DNA of 64,000 nucleotides from assembly GCA_963753345.1 (NCBI GenBank), contig CAVWBU010000047.1:32001-96000 (forward strand), written 5' to 3'. Numbering within the stretch: the stretch's first letter is position 1; each line of letters begins with the position of its first letter. Both the position numbers and the translations under genes were made by a program. The DNA comes from an uncultured Fibrobacterota bacterium (GTDB taxonomy: Bacteria; Fibrobacterota; Chitinivibrionia; Chitinivibrionales; FEN-1185). The notes under the pieces were generated by a model. The model worked only from the letters and a program-made list of their open reading frames with translations. It ran no database searches and was not told where the DNA came from. Below, piece by piece: positions 61,022-64,000 of this stretch.

Positions 61022-61147
61022 ATGGGTGCCCCCACAACAGAGTATGGTTTAACAACTACTTTTTCTAGGGGTGCACCCAGGAGGGGGTAGCGCAGGACAC
61101 CGCAGGCCGAAGGCCGAGGGGGCCGGAGCGAGGGGGAAACATCCCCC
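61022..61147 (+). repeat. Repeat family B, copy B6
   Basis: TGGGTGCCCCCACA..GTATGGTT..CAACTACTTT..GGAGGGGGTAGCGCAGG..AGCGAGGGGGAAACATCCCCC, similar to B1. Confidence 0.82.
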
Positions 61148-61349
61148 GCTCATATTCTTGAATATCCTTCTTTGAAAATGCCATAACTTTTGCTGCTCTT
61201 TAGAAATCCCACATTTGCTGTTTTCATTGTGCTCTTGGGAAATCTATATTCTATGGTGCTAATAGTGCCCGGCGGAGAATAATCGTGCCGGTGTCGCGGC
61301 GAATTCTTTATTGAAGGATACCTTCTTTCTCTCAACAGGATGGATCTCC

Positions 61350-64000
61350 ATGCCTAACGATGTTTTTGCCGGACGCAGAGGATTTCTCAGGTGCTTTCGG
61401 GAAAGCCTGTTTGCCCTGGCAACGGACCAAAAGGAATCAAAAGTCAAGGTCAAGAGACAGAAGGACTTTCAGGTTTCTTTCCCCCAGCTTTTTATTGTGT
61501 GCGGCGAAGCGGGATGGGGCAAGAGCGCACTTGTGCGGCGATGCGTTGCCTTGACAGCCGAGGTTGAGGCCGAGACGAAAAAGGAGTTCAAGACGATCGT
61601 CATCGACTTTGACGACCCCCTGTTTACCCGCAACATTCTGCCGTTTACGCCCCGGATGATGGTGCAATATCTGCACGCCGTTCTTGTCGATCCGTCCCTC
61701 GGCCTGGAAGACTGTTTCTCGGAATATGCCTCCGTGGAGCAAAGGCTCGAAAAGGTGATCGCCGGCGTCAACGCGCTCCACAGGGACGAATGGCTTTCGG
61801 CGACCGAAAACAACGAGCCGGTTGATTTTACGGAAGACCCCGCTCAAAAGGCGGCCTTGCGCGCCGCCGACGCTGTGAATGGCGCATCCCCCCACGCGCG
61901 CACGGCACGGCAGGAGGCAGAGGCCGCCTTTTTGCGCTGGCTCAGGGAGAAGAAGCGTCTCCCCGAAGAGGATTGCGACCTTTTCGAAAACGCGGATTTC
62001 CGGCTCACCAAGGCTCTCGTGAGCGGGCTCCAGGCGCTCTCGGCGGATCGTCCGGTGGTGCTCGCGATTGACAATCTGGAACGCGTTGCAAACCCGCTGG
62101 TCCTCGAATGGCTCAGGTCGATGTTCTTCGGCCAGCTTTTCGAAACGAAAAACAGGGTGGCGGCAATCGTGAGCTGCCGCGACCGATTGCTCAGGTCGTA
62201 CCGCAACGGGTTTCCGGAAGAGCTCCTGTGCTCCCTCTCACCCGAGGAATTAGCGCTCTGCTCCCCGGACATCGAAGAATGCAATCAGGCGATGCGCCTC
62301 GGCCTTTCCGCGGAAACCGTGGCCGCCGTCGAAGAGGCGACGGGCGGCGTAGCCATGGTGGTCCGCGATATATTGACATATGCAAATAACGGAACCGTTC
62401 CGGCAGACCTGCTCGACGCCGCGGCAAGCGCCGAAACCATGCACGACAAGATGGCAACCGTCGTCGCGCGCTTCCTCGCCGCCCCAACGGACGAGCGCAC
62501 CAAGCGCCGCATCGTGCACCTGGCCATGCTCGGCAGAGCCGACGCGGGGCTCCTTGCCGCCCTATGGAATGTTTCCGCGTCGGAGACAAGCGCCGAAATT
62601 CTCCGGCTCTCGGAGCACTATCCGTTCGTTGAGGAAAAAGCCATGCACGACGGCGTGTCGCTGCTCCTTAGGAGACATCTCATCGGCTGGCTTGCCAAAG
62701 CTTCCTCACCGTACGCCGGCGTTATCAAGGAGTTTGGACAGGCCGCGGTTGCCTACTACAACGACCAGCTGTCCCAGCTCGCCTCAGCGACACCTGCGCC
62801 CGACAAGAGATTTGTTGATGACCGCTTTGAGGAGGCCTTGCTCGGCAGCATAAGAACCCTCCTGTGGCACGACCATGCAAAGCTCAAGGGTGTCGTTCCG
62901 GGAATTTTCCTCGAGTGTCTCCTGTACAACCAGGTCCTTGCCGGGAGGATCCTTGCCGCGGCCGAAGAATTCGCTGCCGCGCTCAAGCCCGATCTTGCCA
63001 GCCTGTTCAATTCCCTTTCCGCAGGGCTTCTCGCCGCGGAAGGCCAGCCGCTGTTCGGCGGTGAAAAACCCGCGCCGGCCGAGCTTGCCATGCTTGCGGC
63101 TCTCGAAACCGCGGCCGGCGCCCTCACCCCGCCGCAGCAGGCGATCCTCAGGCTGCGCGCGGCGTCCTGCGCCTGCAGGGAGCTCGACTACCAGCGCGCG
63201 CTCGACGAGCTTGAAAAATGCGAACATTTTGCGGACGAATCGGACCTGTTCTGCCAGGCGCTCGTGGAAGGATACTGCGGAGCGGGTAGCGCGTTCTATT
63301 CGGCCGAAAAGTACGAAATGTCAATTAAGGCGTTCGGCAAGGCCGCCGAGATCCGGCCCGGGCTGTTCGACGCATGGTACTGTCTCGGCTCTTCCTATGC
63401 CGCACTCAAGCGGCATGCTCAGGCCGAAGACTCGTTTTCAAAGGCAGCCGCGTGCAGGCCCGAAAGCTTTGAAGCGCACAACGCGCTCGCGACGGCGCGG
63501 TTCGCGCAGAAGAAATACGGGGACGCTGCGGGGTCGTACGCCAAAGCGGCCGGCCTCAACCCTGGCGAGGCCGAAACGTGGCACATGCTCGGTCTTTCGC
63601 ACGCGGCGCTGTCGCGCAGCGCCGAAGCCGTGGAGGCATACAGGAAAGCAATCGCGATCTCCGCAGGCGACGCCGCTCTCTGGTTGGACCTTGCGGAAAG
63701 CCAGGCCGCCGTGGGAAGCGCCGAAGACTCCATTGTGTCGTGCAGAAAAGCGCTCGAACTGAACCCGTCCCTTCAGAGGGCCGCCGTGCTGCTCGGCCGT
63801 CAATTGAGCACCGCAGAGAATTTTCCCGAAGCCGCAAAAGCCTTTGAAACTGCCGCCCGTCTCAGCCCGAAAGACGACAGTGTTTGGTACAGCCTCGGCT
63901 GCGCCCAGCTGGAAAGCGGGGATGCGAAAAAGGCCGTGCAATCCTTTGCAAAAGCGACCGACATCAACAAGGATTTCGCCGACGCTCACAATAAAGCGGG
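61350..64000 (+). CDS. P-loop (STAND/AAA-like) ATPase with C-terminal TPR array; runs off the window
   Basis: Absent from the ORF track, consistent with no stop in the window. Spot hand translation from ATG 61350 stays in one frame: FAGR, Walker A GEAGWGKS, Walker B VVLAIDNLE, ATGGVAMVV, TPRs such as AFGKAAEIRPGLFDAWYCLG. Confidence 0.82.
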   Translation, partial: MPNDVFAGRRGFLRCFRESLFALATDQKESKVKVKRQKDFQVSFPQLFIVCGEAGWGKSALVRRCVALTAEVEAETKKEFKTIVIDFDDPLFTRNILPFTPRMMVQYLHAVLVDPSLGLEDCFSEYASVEQRLEKVIAGVNALHRDEWLSATENNEPVDFTEDPAQKAALRAADAVNGASPHARTARQEAEAAFLRWLREKKRLPEEDCDLFENADFRLTKALVSGLQALSADRPVVLAIDNLERVANPLVLEWLRSMFFGQLFETKNRVAAIVSCRDRLLRSYRNGFPEELLCSLSPEELALCSPDIEECNQAMRLGLSAETVAAVEEATGGVAMVVRDILTYANNGTVPADLLDAAASAETMHDKMATVVARFLAAPTDERTKRRIVHLAMLGRADAGLLAALWNVSASETSAEILRLSEHYPFVEEKAMHDGVSLLLRRHLIGWLAKASSPYAGVIKEFGQAAVAYYNDQLSQLASATPAPDKRFVDDRFEEALLGSIRTLLWHDHAKLKGVVPGIFLECLLYNQVLAGRILAAAEEFAAALKPDLASLFNSLSAGLLAAEGQPLFGGEKPAPAELAMLAALETAAGALTPPQQAILRLRAASCACRELDYQRALDELEKCEHFADESDLFCQALVEGYCGAGSAFYSAEKYEMSIKAFGKAAEIRPGLFDAWYCLGSSYAALKRHAQAEDSFSKAAACRPESFEAHNALATARFAQKKYGDAAGSYAKAAGLNPGEAETWHMLGLSHAALSRSAEAVEAYRKAIAISAGDAALWLDLAESQAAVGSAEDSIVSCRKALELNPSLQRAAVLLGRQLSTAENFPEAAKAFETAARLSPKDDSVWYSLGCAQLESGDAKKAVQSFAKATDINKDFADAHNKA

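Noticed and set aside
12710-61147. Repeat families A and B as a CRISPR array
   Set aside because: Copies are dispersed, long and variable, with no regular repeat-spacer periodicity and no cas genes.
62875-63762. 295-aa plus-strand ORF in the track
   Set aside because: It is an alternative frame inside the ATPase-TPR gene that starts at 61350.

Overview
Bacterial chromosomal window, mostly high-GC with several lower-GC islets. The gene inventory (secreted Ig/LamG/FGE-sulfatase lipoproteins, glycoside hydrolases with C-terminal sorting-like tails, a LacI-sensor kinase) suggests a Fibrobacterota/Chitinivibrionia-like polysaccharide degrader; this is inference. Housekeeping genes: gmd, PBP1A, uvrC, EndoQ/UvrD, pyrR-pyrB-pyrC, hisH-hisF. 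Accessory genes: a Type IIG R-M enzyme, a PIN toxin-antitoxin islet between direct repeats, a BtrH/ACP mini-operon, GH105, two GH55-like paralogs, a GH9-like enzyme and a STAND-like ATPase-TPR protein. Many genes carry single-base frameshifts, most likely assembly errors. Two signals stand out. First, a lower-GC eno-usp-cation:proton antiporter operon carries two fluoride riboswitches, one with a terminator platform and one with an RBS-sequestering platform, and the window has no Fluc or CLC-F exporter. Second, a dense modular system of intergenic palindromic repeats (family A about 10 copies, family B 6 copies) forms composite elements, shares a terminal GTCAAG motif and hosts smaller hairpin modules. 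No rRNA, tRNA, CRISPR array, integrase or transposase was recognised.
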